A DNA stretch of 64,000 bases from Jatrophihabitans sp. (GCF_036000465.1 NZ_DASYFV010000070.1:614-64613); one strand, 5' to 3'. Positions 8,200-19,971 are shown, numbered from the stretch's first letter. Numbers and translations: made by a program. Notes: generated by a model not told the origin, from the letters alone.

Positions 8200-10110
8200 G
8201 TGACAGAGGTCAGCCCGGGGGCGAGCAATCTCGCGCTGTACCGCAAGTACCGCTCGGCCACCTTCGCCGAGGTCATCGGCCAGGAGCACGTCACCGACCC
8301 GCTGCGGGCCGCGCTGGCGGCCAGGCGCATCAACCACGCTTACCTGTTCAGCGGCCCGCGCGGCTGTGGCAAGACCTCGAGCGCGCGCATCCTCGCCCGC
8401 AGCCTGAACTGCCTGCAGGGCCCGACGCCCGATCCGTGCGGGGTCTGCGACTCGTGCCGCGAGCTCGCGCCCAACGGCCCCGGTTCGATCGACGTCATCG
8501 AGATCGACGCCGCCAGCCACAACGGCGTCGACGACGCGCGCGACCTGCGCGAGCGGGCCTTCTTCGCGCCGGTGCGCGACCGCTACAAGGTCTACATCAT
8601 CGACGAGGCCCACATGGTCACGACGGCGGCGTTCAACGCGCTGCTGAAGCTCGTCGAGGAGCCGCCGGACTTCCTGGTGTTCGTCTTCGCGACGACCGAG
8701 CCCGACAAGGTGCTGACCACGATCCGGTCGCGCACTCACCACTACCCGTTCCGGCTGATCCCGCCGCAGGCGCTGCGGGCGCACCTGGACACCATCGTCA
8801 CGGCCGAGGGCATCGCGGTCGAGCCGGCCGTGCTGCCGCTCGTCGTGCGCGCCGGCGGCGGTTCGGCGCGTGACTCGCTGTCGATCCTCGACCAGCTGCT
8901 CGCCGGCGCCGGGCCCGACGGCGTCACCTACGCCCGCGCGGTGGCGCTGCTCGGCGTCACCGACGGCGCGCTGCTCGACGACATGGTCGACGCCCTCGCG
9001 GCCGGTGACGCCGCGGGCGTCTACGGCACGGTCGACCGCGTCGTCGAGGCCGGGCACGACCCGCGCCGGTTCTCGATCGACCTGCTCGACCGCTTCCGCG
9101 ACCTCATCCTGCTCGACGCCGTGCCCGATGCCGGCGAGCGCGGGTTGATCGACGTCCCGCAGGACCAGCTCGAGCAGATGGCCGATCAGGCCGTGCGGCT
9201 CGGCGGGGCCACCCTCACCCGCTTCGCCGAGATCGTGCACACCGCGCTCATCGAGATGCGGGGGACGACCTCGCCGCGGCTGGTTCTCGAACTGCTCTGC
9301 GCCCGGATGATGCTGCCCGACGCCACCGCCGATGCCGCCGCGGTGCTGCAGCGGCTCGAACGGCTCGAGCGGCGGATGACCGCGTCGGGTGGCAGCGCGC
9401 CCGCCGAGGCACCGCCGAAGGCCGGGCCCGTGACGTCCCCGCCCGCCAAGGTGGCACCAGAGAAACCCGCGCCCGAGAAGCCCGCACCTGCCCAGGCCGC
9501 GCCGGTGAAGGCCGCGGCCCCGGAGCGTCCGGCCGAGCGTTCGCCGGCCCGCAGCCCGGAGACCGCGACAATCCAGCCCGAGAGCGAACGTCCGGCAGCC
9601 ACCGTCGCGGCCGCGCGACCCGAGCCCGAGCCGGCGCCGCCCGCGGCCGACGGTGCGCTCGACGCGAACGCGCTGCGCCGGCTCTGGCCCGAGATCCTCG
9701 AGGTCGTCAAGCAGTCGAGCCGGCGCACCCGGGCGCTGCTCGACAACGCCCAGATCGCCGAGGTCGACGGCGAGCTGGTCCGGCTCTCGGCGCCGAACGC
9801 GCTGGCCAAGATGATCGCCGAGGACAGCAACACCAACGTCCTCAAGGCGGCGTTGACCAGCGTGGTCGGCGGTTCGTGGCGCATCGGGGTGGCCGGGGGC
9901 GCGACGACGTCGGCCGCGTCCACACCCGAGCCGGCGCGAGGTGGGGGCGGGCGTCCGGCCGCGCCGCCACCCGAGCCCGACCCGCGCGACGACGACCCCG
10001 AACCACCCGACGACGACGAGGGTGCGCCGCCCCCGCCGGTCATCGACCCCGAGGTCGAGGCGCTGAAGCTGCTGCGCGATCGCCTGGGCGCGCGACCGCT
10101 CGAGAGCTGA
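8200..10110 (+). CDS. dnaX: DNA polymerase III subunit gamma/tau
   Basis: LYRKYR, GQEHV, GPRGCGKT, IEIDAAS, IIDEAHM, SARDS. Confidence 0.98.
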   Translation: MTEVSPGASNLALYRKYRSATFAEVIGQEHVTDPLRAALAARRINHAYLFSGPRGCGKTSSARILARSLNCLQGPTPDPCGVCDSCRELAPNGPGSIDVIEIDAASHNGVDDARDLRERAFFAPVRDRYKVYIIDEAHMVTTAAFNALLKLVEEPPDFLVFVFATTEPDKVLTTIRSRTHHYPFRLIPPQALRAHLDTIVTAEGIAVEPAVLPLVVRAGGGSARDSLSILDQLLAGAGPDGVTYARAVALLGVTDGALLDDMVDALAAGDAAGVYGTVDRVVEAGHDPRRFSIDLLDRFRDLILLDAVPDAGERGLIDVPQDQLEQMADQAVRLGGATLTRFAEIVHTALIEMRGTTSPRLVLELLCARMMLPDATADAAAVLQRLERLERRMTASGGSAPAEAPPKAGPVTSPPAKVAPEKPAPEKPAPAQAAPVKAAAPERPAERSPARSPETATIQPESERPAATVAAARPEPEPAPPAADGALDANALRRLWPEILEVVKQSSRRTRALLDNAQIAEVDGELVRLSAPNALAKMIAEDSNTNVLKAALTSVVGGSWRIGVAGGATTSAASTPEPARGGGGRPAAPPPEPDPRDDDPEPPDDDEGAPPPPVIDPEVEALKLLRDRLGARPLES

Positions 10111-10207
10111 GTCGCCTCTCACCCGGTCGAACCGTTCGGCAGTTTGACGAGAAGGACACGAACCTGCGTGTCTGCGGGTTTGCCCGCGCTGAACAGCGGT
10201 GCCCGGG

Positions 10208-11131
10208 TCAGCCGTTGAGGTAGGCGAGAATCCCGGCGGCCACGGCACGGGCGATCTGCTCGCGGCCCGACGCCGACGACAGCTGGGCCGCGTCACCCGA
10301 GTTGCGCATGTTGCCGAGCTCCAGGAACGTCGCCGGACGCCGCGCGAGGTTCAGCCCGGCCAGGTCGCTGCGGTAGTAGTAGCCGTTCTGGCCGATGTAG
10401 GTCGACGGCACGAGCCCCGACGAGGCGACGAGCGCGTCGTGGATCGCGTGGCCGAGCCGGTCGGACTTCGCGACGGTGGCCTGCGTCGCGCCGTCGGGGG
10501 TGCGGCTGTCCTGGTTGACGTGGAAGCCGTGCCCGGCCGAGGGAGCGCCGTCGGCGTGGATCGAGACGACGGCGACGACGTTCGACGCGTTGCCGATCGC
10601 GGCCCGCTCGTCGACGCACGGCCCGACGCCGGTGTCGTCATAGCGAGTCATGACCACGCGCACGCCGTGCGCGCGCAGGATGCTGCGCACGCGCAGCGAG
10701 ACGTCGAAGGTGAACGCGTGCTCCGGGTAGCCGGCGTCGGTGTTCGTGCCGGTCGTGTCGCAGGCCTTGTAGGCACCGAAGCCGGCGGGCACCTGCCGAT
10801 TGATCTCGGCGGTGTGGGTGGCGTTGCCGCCGTTGTGACCCGGGTTGAGGACGACGGTCGGCACCCCGCTGACCGTCGGCAGGGGCGGCACCGGCCGGGT
10901 GGACCTGGACGGCGGGGCCGCGGGCCCGGTGGGCCTCGCCGGGGCCGTGGTCGTCCGGCGCGCGCTGGTCGACGGCTTCGCTGTCGTGCTCGGCGCCGCG
11001 GGCCGCGACGAGGTCGACGGCGCGGCGCTGGTCGTCGGGGTGGTCGACGCCGCCGAGGGGTGACCGCTCGTGGTGGCCGAACTGCAGGCGGCGAGCGACG
11101 CCACGGCGGCAATCATCAGGAACCGGCGCAT
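10208..11131 (-). CDS. N-acetylmuramoyl-L-alanine amidase (Amidase_3 lipoprotein, Rv3717/Ami1-like)
   Basis: Lipobox LAAC, Ser/Thr/Pro linker, LNPGHNG, EH, SIHADG, FLELGNM. Confidence 0.92.
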   Translation of the reverse strand: MRRFLMIAAVASLAACSSATTSGHPSAASTTPTTSAAPSTSSRPAAPSTTAKPSTSARRTTTAPARPTGPAAPPSRSTRPVPPLPTVSGVPTVVLNPGHNGGNATHTAEINRQVPAGFGAYKACDTTGTNTDAGYPEHAFTFDVSLRVRSILRAHGVRVVMTRYDDTGVGPCVDERAAIGNASNVVAVVSIHADGAPSAGHGFHVNQDSRTPDGATQATVAKSDRLGHAIHDALVASSGLVPSTYIGQNGYYYRSDLAGLNLARRPATFLELGNMRNSGDAAQLSSASGREQIARAVAAGILAYLNG

Positions 11132-11197
11132 CGCTCCAGCCTCGCACGTCGCCTCGAGGCGGCGGGTCGGACGGGCCGGTTACCCTTGGGGCGATCT

Positions 11198-11245
11198 CAG
11201 CGAACACGACAGACAGCGCACACGACAGTCAGCGCACACGACAGA
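11198..11245 (+). repeat. Three tandem 16-bp direct repeats
   Basis: CAGCGAACACGACAGA / CAGCGCACACGACAGT / CAGCGCACACGACAGA. Confidence 0.9.
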
Positions 11246-11260
11246 ACGTGGGGACGGACC

Positions 11261-11635
11261 TTGAGCCAGCGTGGCGGAGGATTCAGCGGCGGCGGCCAGC
11301 CGAACATGCAGCAGCTGATGAAGCAGGCGCAGAAGATGCAGCAGCAGCTCGAGGCCGCGCAGGCCGAGCTCGCGGCGGCCGAGGTCACCGGCACGGCCGG
11401 TGGCGGGCTCGTTTCGGCCACCGTCACCGGGGCCGGCGAACTGCTCTCGCTGACCATCGACCCGAAGGCGGTCGACCCCGACGACGTCGAGACGCTTCAG
11501 GACCTCGTGGTCGCCGCGATCCGCGACGCCAACCGCGCCGTCGCCGACCTCGCGGCCGAGAAGATGGGTCCGGTCACCGGGGGCATGGGCGGCCTCGGCG
11601 GCGGGCTCGGTGGCCTCGGGCTGCCGGGTCTCTAA
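11261..11635 (+). CDS. ybaB: YbaB/EbfC nucleoid-associated protein
   Basis: [40 protein letters not shown]. Start is TTG 11261 or ATG 11306. Confidence 0.93.
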   Translation: MSQRGGGFSGGGQPNMQQLMKQAQKMQQQLEAAQAELAAAEVTGTAGGGLVSATVTGAGELLSLTIDPKAVDPDDVETLQDLVVAAIRDANRAVADLAAEKMGPVTGGMGGLGGGLGGLGLPGL

Positions 11636-11656
11636 GCCTCCCGACCGGGTCCGACC

Positions 11657-12253
11657 ATGTACGAGGGTGCCGTCCAGGACCTCATCGACGAGCTCGGCCG
11701 GTTGCCGGGGGTGGGGCCGAAGAGCGCCCAGCGCATCGCGTTCCACCTGCTGGCGACCGAGGCCGTCGACGTCGAACGGCTCGCGCACACGCTGCTGCGG
11801 GTGAAGAACGAGGTCAAGTTCTGCGCCATCTGCGGCAACGTCGCGCAGGCCGAGGTGTGCCGCATCTGCAACGACCCGCGTCGCGACCTCACGGTCATCT
11901 GCGTCGTCGAGGAGCCGAAGGACGTCGTCGCCATCGAGCGGACGCGGGAGTTCCGGGGCCGCTACCACGTGCTCGGCGGCGCGATCAGCCCCATCGACGG
12001 TGTCGGCCCCGACGACCTGCGCATCCGCGAGCTGCTGACCCGGCTGCGCGACGGCGTGGTCACCGAGCTGATCCTGGCCACCGACCCGAACCTCGAGGGC
12101 GAGGCCACCGCCACCTACCTGGCCCGGCTGCTCATGCCGATGGGGCTCACCGTCACCCGGCTGGCCAGTGGGCTCCCCGTCGGCGGCGACCTCGAGTACG
12201 CCGACGAGGTCACCCTCGGGCGAGCCTTCTCCGGCCGCCGCCGGGTGGAGTAG
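11657..12253 (+). CDS. recR: Recombination mediator RecR
   Basis: [12 protein letters not shown]4 zinc finger, Toprim VEEPKD, EGEATA. Confidence 0.98.
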   Translation: MYEGAVQDLIDELGRLPGVGPKSAQRIAFHLLATEAVDVERLAHTLLRVKNEVKFCAICGNVAQAEVCRICNDPRRDLTVICVVEEPKDVVAIERTREFRGRYHVLGGAISPIDGVGPDDLRIRELLTRLRDGVVTELILATDPNLEGEATATYLARLLMPMGLTVTRLASGLPVGGDLEYADEVTLGRAFSGRRRVE

Positions 12254-12259
12254 CCACCC

Positions 12260-13222
12260 ATGAGTTCCGCGCCGGCGCCGCGCCGGCACCCGCGGGCGTA
12301 CTGGTCGGCGGTCCTGCTCACGGTCGCCCTGATCGTGGGCGGCACGCTCGTCGCGATCCGGTCCTACCTCGACTCGAGCGGCCCCGACGGCGTCGTCGCC
12401 CGTTACTTCGCCGCGCTCGCCGCGGGCGATGCCCCGGCCGCGCTCGCCCTCGGACCGGTCCCCGATGCGCCGCACACGTTCCTCACCTCGACCGTGCTGC
12501 GCGACCAGCTCGGCCTCGCCCCGATCCGCGACATCACCGTCGACCGGGTCGAGCAGCACGGGGCGACCGCGACCGTGCGGGTCGAGTACGCCCTCGCGTT
12601 CCGCAGCGGCTCGGTGCCGGTGCACGACGCCGTCCCGACCCGGCTCGTCGGCGGCACGTGGCAGCTGGCGCGCTCGGCCGCGGCGACCCAGCTGCAGGTC
12701 GTGCGCGGGGCCGATCGGGCGACGATCGCCGGCGGCCCGATCCCGGACGGCACCGTGGGCCTCTTCCCGGGGGCGGTGCCGATCCGGTTCGACACCGGCT
12801 ACCTCGAACTCGACCCGGAACACTCGGCGGTGACCTTCGCCGGCGACCCGACCACCCAGGTGTTTCCCCGGGTCTCGGACGCCGGCGAACGGGCCGTCGT
12901 CGCCGCCGTGGCCACCGCGCTGCGGCGTTGCCTCGCCGGAGCCGCCGATCTGCGCTGCCCGCTGCCCGACGGCGGGCGGGCCGTGCCGGGCAGCGTCCGC
13001 GGCCGGCTCGCCTCCGACCTGACCCAGGGTGTCTCCGTCGATCTCGCCGACGGTGCGGCCGGGGCGCTCAAGGTGACCGGTGACGTGAAGGTGCACGGAA
13101 GCTACCGCACGCTCTCCTTCCGCAACGTCACGACGACCACGACCGGCATATTCACCCTGCCGGTGCTGGCCACGACGTACGCGCGCGCACCGGTCGTGAC
13201 CAGCTGGGACCCGCCGCTGTGA
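12260..13222 (+). CDS. Membrane-anchored extracytoplasmic hypothetical protein (NTF2-like N-terminus)
   Basis: N-terminal TM helix, VVARYFAALAAGD pattern, one Cys pair; stop overlaps the next start. Confidence 0.75.
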   Translation: MSSAPAPRRHPRAYWSAVLLTVALIVGGTLVAIRSYLDSSGPDGVVARYFAALAAGDAPAALALGPVPDAPHTFLTSTVLRDQLGLAPIRDITVDRVEQHGATATVRVEYALAFRSGSVPVHDAVPTRLVGGTWQLARSAAATQLQVVRGADRATIAGGPIPDGTVGLFPGAVPIRFDTGYLELDPEHSAVTFAGDPTTQVFPRVSDAGERAVVAAVATALRRCLAGAADLRCPLPDGGRAVPGSVRGRLASDLTQGVSVDLADGAAGALKVTGDVKVHGSYRTLSFRNVTTTTTGIFTLPVLATTYARAPVVTSWDPPL

Positions 13223-14553
13223 GAGTCCGGAGGGTGGTGCCTGCGCTGGCGGCGGCGCTCGTGCTCGTTGCCTCCGTGCCGGCTGCGGCCGCGCCCGGGC
13301 CCACCGGGGCGCCGGAGTACTGGTTCGACGCCTGGCAGGTCGAGCGGCTGTGGGCCGACGGTGCGCACGGCCAGGGCGTCACCATCGCCGAGATCGACAC
13401 CGGCGTCAACGCCGCCCTGCCCGAACTCGCCGGGCGCATCCTCTCCGGAACCGATCTCGGGGCGGGGGGCAACGGCCAGACCGACCGCGAGATCGACCAA
13501 TTCGGGCACGGCACGGCGATGGCGTCGATCATGGTCGCCCGCCCGGGCACGCTCGACATCACCGGGCTCGCGCCGGACGCGAAGGTGCTGCCCGTCGCCG
13601 TCCCGCTCGACGGCACGACCGACGCCGGCCGACCCGACCGCCTCGACGACGCCGTCCGCTACGCCGCCGACCACGGCGCCAAGATCATCAGTATGTCGGT
13701 GGGCGGCAAGCGCCTGCCCAGCGACGGCGCGCCGTGCTCGCCCGAGGAGCAGGCGGCGGTGTTCCACGCGCTCGCCAAGGGCGCGATCGTCATCGCGGCC
13801 GTCGGGAACACCGGACCGACGCAGAACACGGTCGAGGAGCCGGCGTCGTGCCTGGGCGTCGTCTCGGTCGGCGCGGTCGACCGCTCCGGCTCGGTCGCCC
13901 GCTTCTCGGGGCGGCAGCCCTACCTGTCGATGGTCGCGCCCGGGGTGAACATCCCCTCGCTCGGACGGGTGCCGGGGCAGGCCTATTCGGGTGACGGCAC
14001 GAGCCAGGCCACCGCGCTCGTGTCGGCCGCGGCGGCGCTGGTGTGGTCGAAGTACCCGACGCTCTCGGGCCGGCAGGTCGTCACCCGGCTGCTGCAGACC
14101 CTTGACGACCGGCGCAGCCCGCCCGGCCCCGACTACGGCTACGGACGTCTCAACGCCTACGCCGCGGTCACCGCCGCCGTGCCGGCGAACGCCCCGAACC
14201 CGGTCTACGACCGCTCGGGCCCGTTCCAGCAGCGGGCCGACTCGTTCGCGAAGGGGTCCGGTCTGACGGCGCCCGCGCCCGCGGCCCGCGGGGCCGGCGA
14301 CACCGGCGACTACCGCGTCGGCGCCGCCCCCGGCCTGAACCGGGCGGCGTACCTCGGCGCGGGCGCCGCCGTGATCGGCGTCGCCGCCCTCGTGGTGCTG
14401 TGGACGGTCGGCGTCCGCCGCCGGCGGGCCCGAAGAGCGTTTGCCGCTGCCGGACCCTGGGCGGTCGGCTGGCCGCCGCCCCCGCCGGCGGTCGCGCCGA
14501 CGGGGGAGCGGCCCCGGCCCCGTCCGGGCCCGGTACCGCCGCCCGTCGAGTGA
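13219..14553 (+). CDS. S8 subtilisin-like serine protease (mycosin-like) with C-terminal TM anchor
   Basis: Signal peptide; triad IDTG, GHGT, GTSQAT; YGYG; TM helix followed by RRRRARR. Confidence 0.92.
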   Translation: MRVRRVVPALAAALVLVASVPAAAAPGPTGAPEYWFDAWQVERLWADGAHGQGVTIAEIDTGVNAALPELAGRILSGTDLGAGGNGQTDREIDQFGHGTAMASIMVARPGTLDITGLAPDAKVLPVAVPLDGTTDAGRPDRLDDAVRYAADHGAKIISMSVGGKRLPSDGAPCSPEEQAAVFHALAKGAIVIAAVGNTGPTQNTVEEPASCLGVVSVGAVDRSGSVARFSGRQPYLSMVAPGVNIPSLGRVPGQAYSGDGTSQATALVSAAAALVWSKYPTLSGRQVVTRLLQTLDDRRSPPGPDYGYGRLNAYAAVTAAVPANAPNPVYDRSGPFQQRADSFAKGSGLTAPAPAARGAGDTGDYRVGAAPGLNRAAYLGAGAAVIGVAALVVLWTVGVRRRRARRAFAAAGPWAVGWPPPPPAVAPTGERPRPRPGPVPPPVE

Positions 14554-14559
14554 CGCCGG

Positions 14560-16441
<1,882 letters not shown>

Positions 16442-16507
16442 GGTGCAGTCAGGCTAACCCACCGGGGGCCACCGATACACTCCCGCCACCGCGCGAAGGA
16501 GGCGTCT

Positions 16508-17491
16508 GTGCCGAGAGCACTGATCACCGGTATCACCGGGCAGGACGGGCTGTACCTGTCCGAGTTGCTGCTGGACAAGGGCTACGAGGTCTACGGACTC
16601 ATCCGGGGGCAGAACAACCCGAAGGCCGACCTGGTCGCGCGGACGGTGCCGGGGGTCGAGGTGCTGACCGGCGACCTCACCGACATGTCGAGCCTCCTGC
16701 GCGCGCTGCGCGTCGCGGCCCCCGACGAGGTCTACAACCTCGGCGCGGTCAGCTTCGTCGCCTACTCCTGGGAGCAGGCCTCGCTCACGACCGAGGTCAC
16801 GGCCAAGGGTGTGCTGAACCTGCTCGAGGCGGTCCGCCTCTACTCGGGCGACGACGCCGGGAAGGTGCGCTTCTACCAGGCGTCCAGCTCGGAGATGTTC
16901 GGCAAGGTGCAGCAGGTCCCGCAGAACGAGGGCACCCTGCTGTGGCCGCGCTCGCCCTACGGGGTGGCGAAGGTCTTCGGCCACTACATCACCATCAACT
17001 ACCGCGAGTCCTACGGCATGCACGCGTCGAGCGGCATCCTGTTCAACCACGAGTCGCCCCGGCGCGGACCCGAGTTCGTCACCCGCAAGGTCTCGACGGC
17101 GGTGGCGTCGATCGAGCTCGGGCGGCAGGACAAGATCGTCATGGGCAACCTCGACGCCCGTCGCGACTGGGGTTTCGCCGGCGACTACGTCGACGCGATG
17201 TGGCGCATGCTGCAGCAGCCCGAGGGCGGTGAGTTCGTCGTGTCGACCGGCGAGACGCACTCCATCCGTGACCTGCTGACCGCCGCGTTCGCCGTCGTCG
17301 GCATCGACGACTGGGAGCGTTACGTCGAGCAGGACAAACGCTTCTTCCGCCCGGCCGAGGTCGACCTGCTGGTCGGTGACGCGACCCGGGCCCGCGAGGT
17401 GCTCGGGTGGAAGCCGACGGTCGACTTCGCCGGGCTGGTGTCGATGATGGTGGAGGCCGACCTGCAGCGGCTGAAGCGCGGGGAACGCTGA
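16508..17491 (+). CDS. gmd: GDP-mannose 4,6-dehydratase
   Basis: GITGQDG, QASSSE, YGVAK, NHESPRR, RDWGFAGDY. Confidence 0.96.
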   Translation: MPRALITGITGQDGLYLSELLLDKGYEVYGLIRGQNNPKADLVARTVPGVEVLTGDLTDMSSLLRALRVAAPDEVYNLGAVSFVAYSWEQASLTTEVTAKGVLNLLEAVRLYSGDDAGKVRFYQASSSEMFGKVQQVPQNEGTLLWPRSPYGVAKVFGHYITINYRESYGMHASSGILFNHESPRRGPEFVTRKVSTAVASIELGRQDKIVMGNLDARRDWGFAGDYVDAMWRMLQQPEGGEFVVSTGETHSIRDLLTAAFAVVGIDDWERYVEQDKRFFRPAEVDLLVGDATRAREVLGWKPTVDFAGLVSMMVEADLQRLKRGER

Positions 17492-17496
17492 CCGGA

Positions 17497-18450
17497 GTGC
17501 GCGCGCTCATCACGGGCGTCACGGGTCAGGACGGCTGGTACCTGAGCGAGCTCCTCGTCGCCCAGGGGCACGAGGTGTTCGGACTGGTGGTCGACCTCGA
17601 CACCGCCCAGCTGCCGCCCGGCGTCCGCCCCCTGTCCGGAGACATGAGCGACACCGCGTCGCTGGCCGCGGCGCTCGACGACTGCCGGCCGGCCGAGCTG
17701 TACAACCTCGCCTCGATCTCGTCCGTCGCCCGGTCGTGGAACGACCCGGCCCTCGTCGCCGACGTGAACGGGGTCGGCGTGCTGCGGCTGCTCGACCAGC
17801 TCCGCCGCCGGGACTGGACGCACGTCCGGTTCGTCCAGGCCGGCAGCGCCGAGATCTTCGGCGACGCGGCCGCGCCGCAGAGTGAGGCGACCCCGCTGCG
17901 GCCGGTGACGCCCTACGGCGTGGCCAAGGCGCTGGCCCAGCACGCCGTGCTCGCCTACCGGACGTCCGGGCTGTGGGCGGCGTCGGTGATCCTCTACAAC
18001 CACGAGTCACCCCGCCGGCCGGTTGGTTTCGTGACCCGCAAGATCACCAAGGCGGTGGCCGGCATCGCGACCGGCGCGCGGGAGCCGCTCGTGCTCGGGA
18101 CGCTCGACGTGCGGCGCGACTGGGGATTCGCCGGTGACTACGCCGAGGCGATGACGCTCGTGGCGCGCCACGAGCGGCCGGACGACTTCGTCGTCAGCAG
18201 CGGCGTGAGCCACACGATCGCGGAATTCGTCGCCGCCGCTTTCGCCCACGTGGGCATCGACGACTGGCGTCCCTGGGTGCGGATCGACGCCGACCTCCGG
18301 CGGCCGGCCGACGCCGCGGAGCAGCGCGGAGATTCGCGGCACATCCGGGAAACCCTGGGCTGGCGCCCGCGGATCGACTTCCAGCAGCTGGTCGCCGCCA
18401 TGGTCGACGCCGACCTCGCCCGGATCGGCGCCACTGAATCAGTCGAATAA
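17497..18450 (+). CDS. gmd: Second GDP-mannose 4,6-dehydratase-like SDR
   Basis: GVTGQDG, QAGSAE, YGVAK, NHESPRR, RDWGF; more diverged than the first copy. Confidence 0.85.
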   Translation: MRALITGVTGQDGWYLSELLVAQGHEVFGLVVDLDTAQLPPGVRPLSGDMSDTASLAAALDDCRPAELYNLASISSVARSWNDPALVADVNGVGVLRLLDQLRRRDWTHVRFVQAGSAEIFGDAAAPQSEATPLRPVTPYGVAKALAQHAVLAYRTSGLWAASVILYNHESPRRPVGFVTRKITKAVAGIATGAREPLVLGTLDVRRDWGFAGDYAEAMTLVARHERPDDFVVSSGVSHTIAEFVAAAFAHVGIDDWRPWVRIDADLRRPADAAEQRGDSRHIRETLGWRPRIDFQQLVAAMVDADLARIGATESVE

Positions 18451-18540
18451 GTCGCGACATGGCGCGGATTTCGTTGTTGTGGGCGCCTCGGGCCGTGTGT
18501 AGCGTTCGAGTACCGCGCTGGAACAACGGAGGTACCCCTG

Positions 18541-19971
18541 ATGAGCCGAATCGTTGCGAACTTCGTCGACGGCAAGTCGACCGAAGCGTTGGACGGGCGG
18601 CGCAGCGATCTGATCGACCCGTCCACCGGTGAGGTGTTCGGCTCGGCCCCGGTGTCGGGCGCCGAGGACGTCGACGCGGCCTACCGCGCCGCCGCGACCG
18701 CCTTCGAGACCTGGCGCGACACCACGCCGAGCGAGCGGCAGCGGGCGCTGCTCAAGTTCGCCGACGCGATGGAGGAGCACGCCGAGGAGATCATCGCGGC
18801 CGAGTGCGAGAACACCGGCAAGCCGATCGAGCTGACCCGCTCGGAGGAGATCCCGCCGGCGGTCGACCAGATCCGCTTCTTCGCCGGCGCCGCGCGCACC
18901 CTCGAGGGCCGCAGTGCGGGCGAGTACATGGCCGGTTTCACGTCCTACGTCCGCCGCGAGCCGGTCGGCGTCGTGGGTCAGGTGACGCCGTGGAACTACC
19001 CGATGATGATGGCCGTCTGGAAGTTCGCCCCGGCGCTGGCCGCGGGCAACTGCGTCGTGCTCAAGCCGTCGGACACCACGCCGGTCACCACGGCGATGAT
19101 GGCCGAGATCGCCTCGGAGTTCTTCCCGCCCGGTGTCTTCAACGTCGTGTGCGGCGACCGCGACACCGGTCGCGCGATGACCGCGCACAAGATCCCGCAG
19201 ATGGTGTCGATCACCGGGTCGGTCCGGGCCGGCCTCGAGGTCGCGGGCGCCGCGGCGCAGGACCTCAAGCGGGTGCACCTCGAGCTGGGCGGCAAGGCCC
19301 CGGTGGTCGTGTTCGACGACGCCGACCTCGCCGACGCGGCCGAGAACATCGCGATCGCCGGCTACTTCAACGCCGGTCAGGACTGCACCGCGGCCACCCG
19401 CGTGCTCGCCGCCCCGGGCATCCACGACGAGTTCGTCGCGGCGCTCGCCGAGCAGGCCCGCAACACCAAGGTCGGCGCGCCGAGCGACGACGACATCCTT
19501 TTCGGCCCGCTCAACAACGCCGCCCAGCTCGAGCGGGTCGGCGGCATGCTCGAGCGCCTGCCCGATCACGCCGAGGTGCAGGCCGGCGGGGCGCGGCAGG
19601 GCGAGCGCGGGTACTTCTACCAGCCGACGGTCGTCAGCGGGCTGCACCAGGACGACGAGGTCATCCAGAACGAGATCTTCGGCCCGGTCATCACCGTGCA
19701 GCGCTTCACCGACGAGGACGAAGCGGTGCGCTGGGCCAACGGCGTCGACTACGGCCTGTCGTCCTCGGTCTGGACGAAGGACCACGGCCGGGCCATGCGG
19801 ATGACCCGGCGCCTGGACTTCGGGTGCGTCTGGGTCAACTGCCACATCCCGCTCGTGGCCGAGATGCCGCACGGGGGGTTCAAGCACTCGGGCTACGGCA
19901 AGGACCTCTCGATGTACGGCCTCGAGGACTACACCCGCATCAAGCACGTCATGCACAACATCGGGTCCTGA
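18541..19971 (+). CDS. patD: Gamma-aminobutyraldehyde dehydrogenase
   Basis: PWNYPMMMAVWK, ITGS, LELGGKAP, AGQDCTA, EIFGP, GGFKHSGYGKD. Confidence 0.85.
   Translation: MSRIVANFVDGKSTEALDGRRSDLIDPSTGEVFGSAPVSGAEDVDAAYRAAATAFETWRDTTPSERQRALLKFADAMEEHAEEIIAAECENTGKPIELTRSEEIPPAVDQIRFFAGAARTLEGRSAGEYMAGFTSYVRREPVGVVGQVTPWNYPMMMAVWKFAPALAAGNCVVLKPSDTTPVTTAMMAEIASEFFPPGVFNVVCGDRDTGRAMTAHKIPQMVSITGSVRAGLEVAGAAAQDLKRVHLELGGKAPVVVFDDADLADAAENIAIAGYFNAGQDCTAATRVLAAPGIHDEFVAALAEQARNTKVGAPSDDDILFGPLNNAAQLERVGGMLERLPDHAEVQAGGARQGERGYFYQPTVVSGLHQDDEVIQNEIFGPVITVQRFTDEDEAVRWANGVDYGLSSSVWTKDHGRAMRMTRRLDFGCVWVNCHIPLVAEMPHGGFKHSGYGKDLSMYGLEDYTRIKHVMHNIGS

Noticed and set aside
10127-10139. TCGAAC-C-GTTCGG as a LexA box
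   Set aside because: The spacer is 1 nt rather than 4, and it lies between convergent genes.
5470-10296. Very long antisense and alternate-frame ORFs (e.g. 1608 aa here; also 42932-44824, 47583-50471, 56361-59279)
   Set aside because: These are high-GC shadow ORFs opposite or overlapping real genes, Arg/Gly/Pro-rich and without motifs.
10208-11131. Amidase apparently inserted in dnaX-ybaB-recR
   Set aside because: The same divergent arrangement exists in M. tuberculosis (Rv3717 next to Rv3716c), so it is conserved rather than novel.
11198-11245. Repeats as a CRISPR remnant
   Set aside because: The units abut without spacers, are only 16 bp, and no cas genes are present.
13219-14553. Type VII secretion locus
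   Set aside because: No Ecc, FtsK or WXG100 genes are in the window.
18463-18480. GCGGATTTCGTTG as an Lrp/AsnC-type operator for patD
   Set aside because: It is an imperfect palindrome, no regulator is adjacent, and I cannot verify the consensus.
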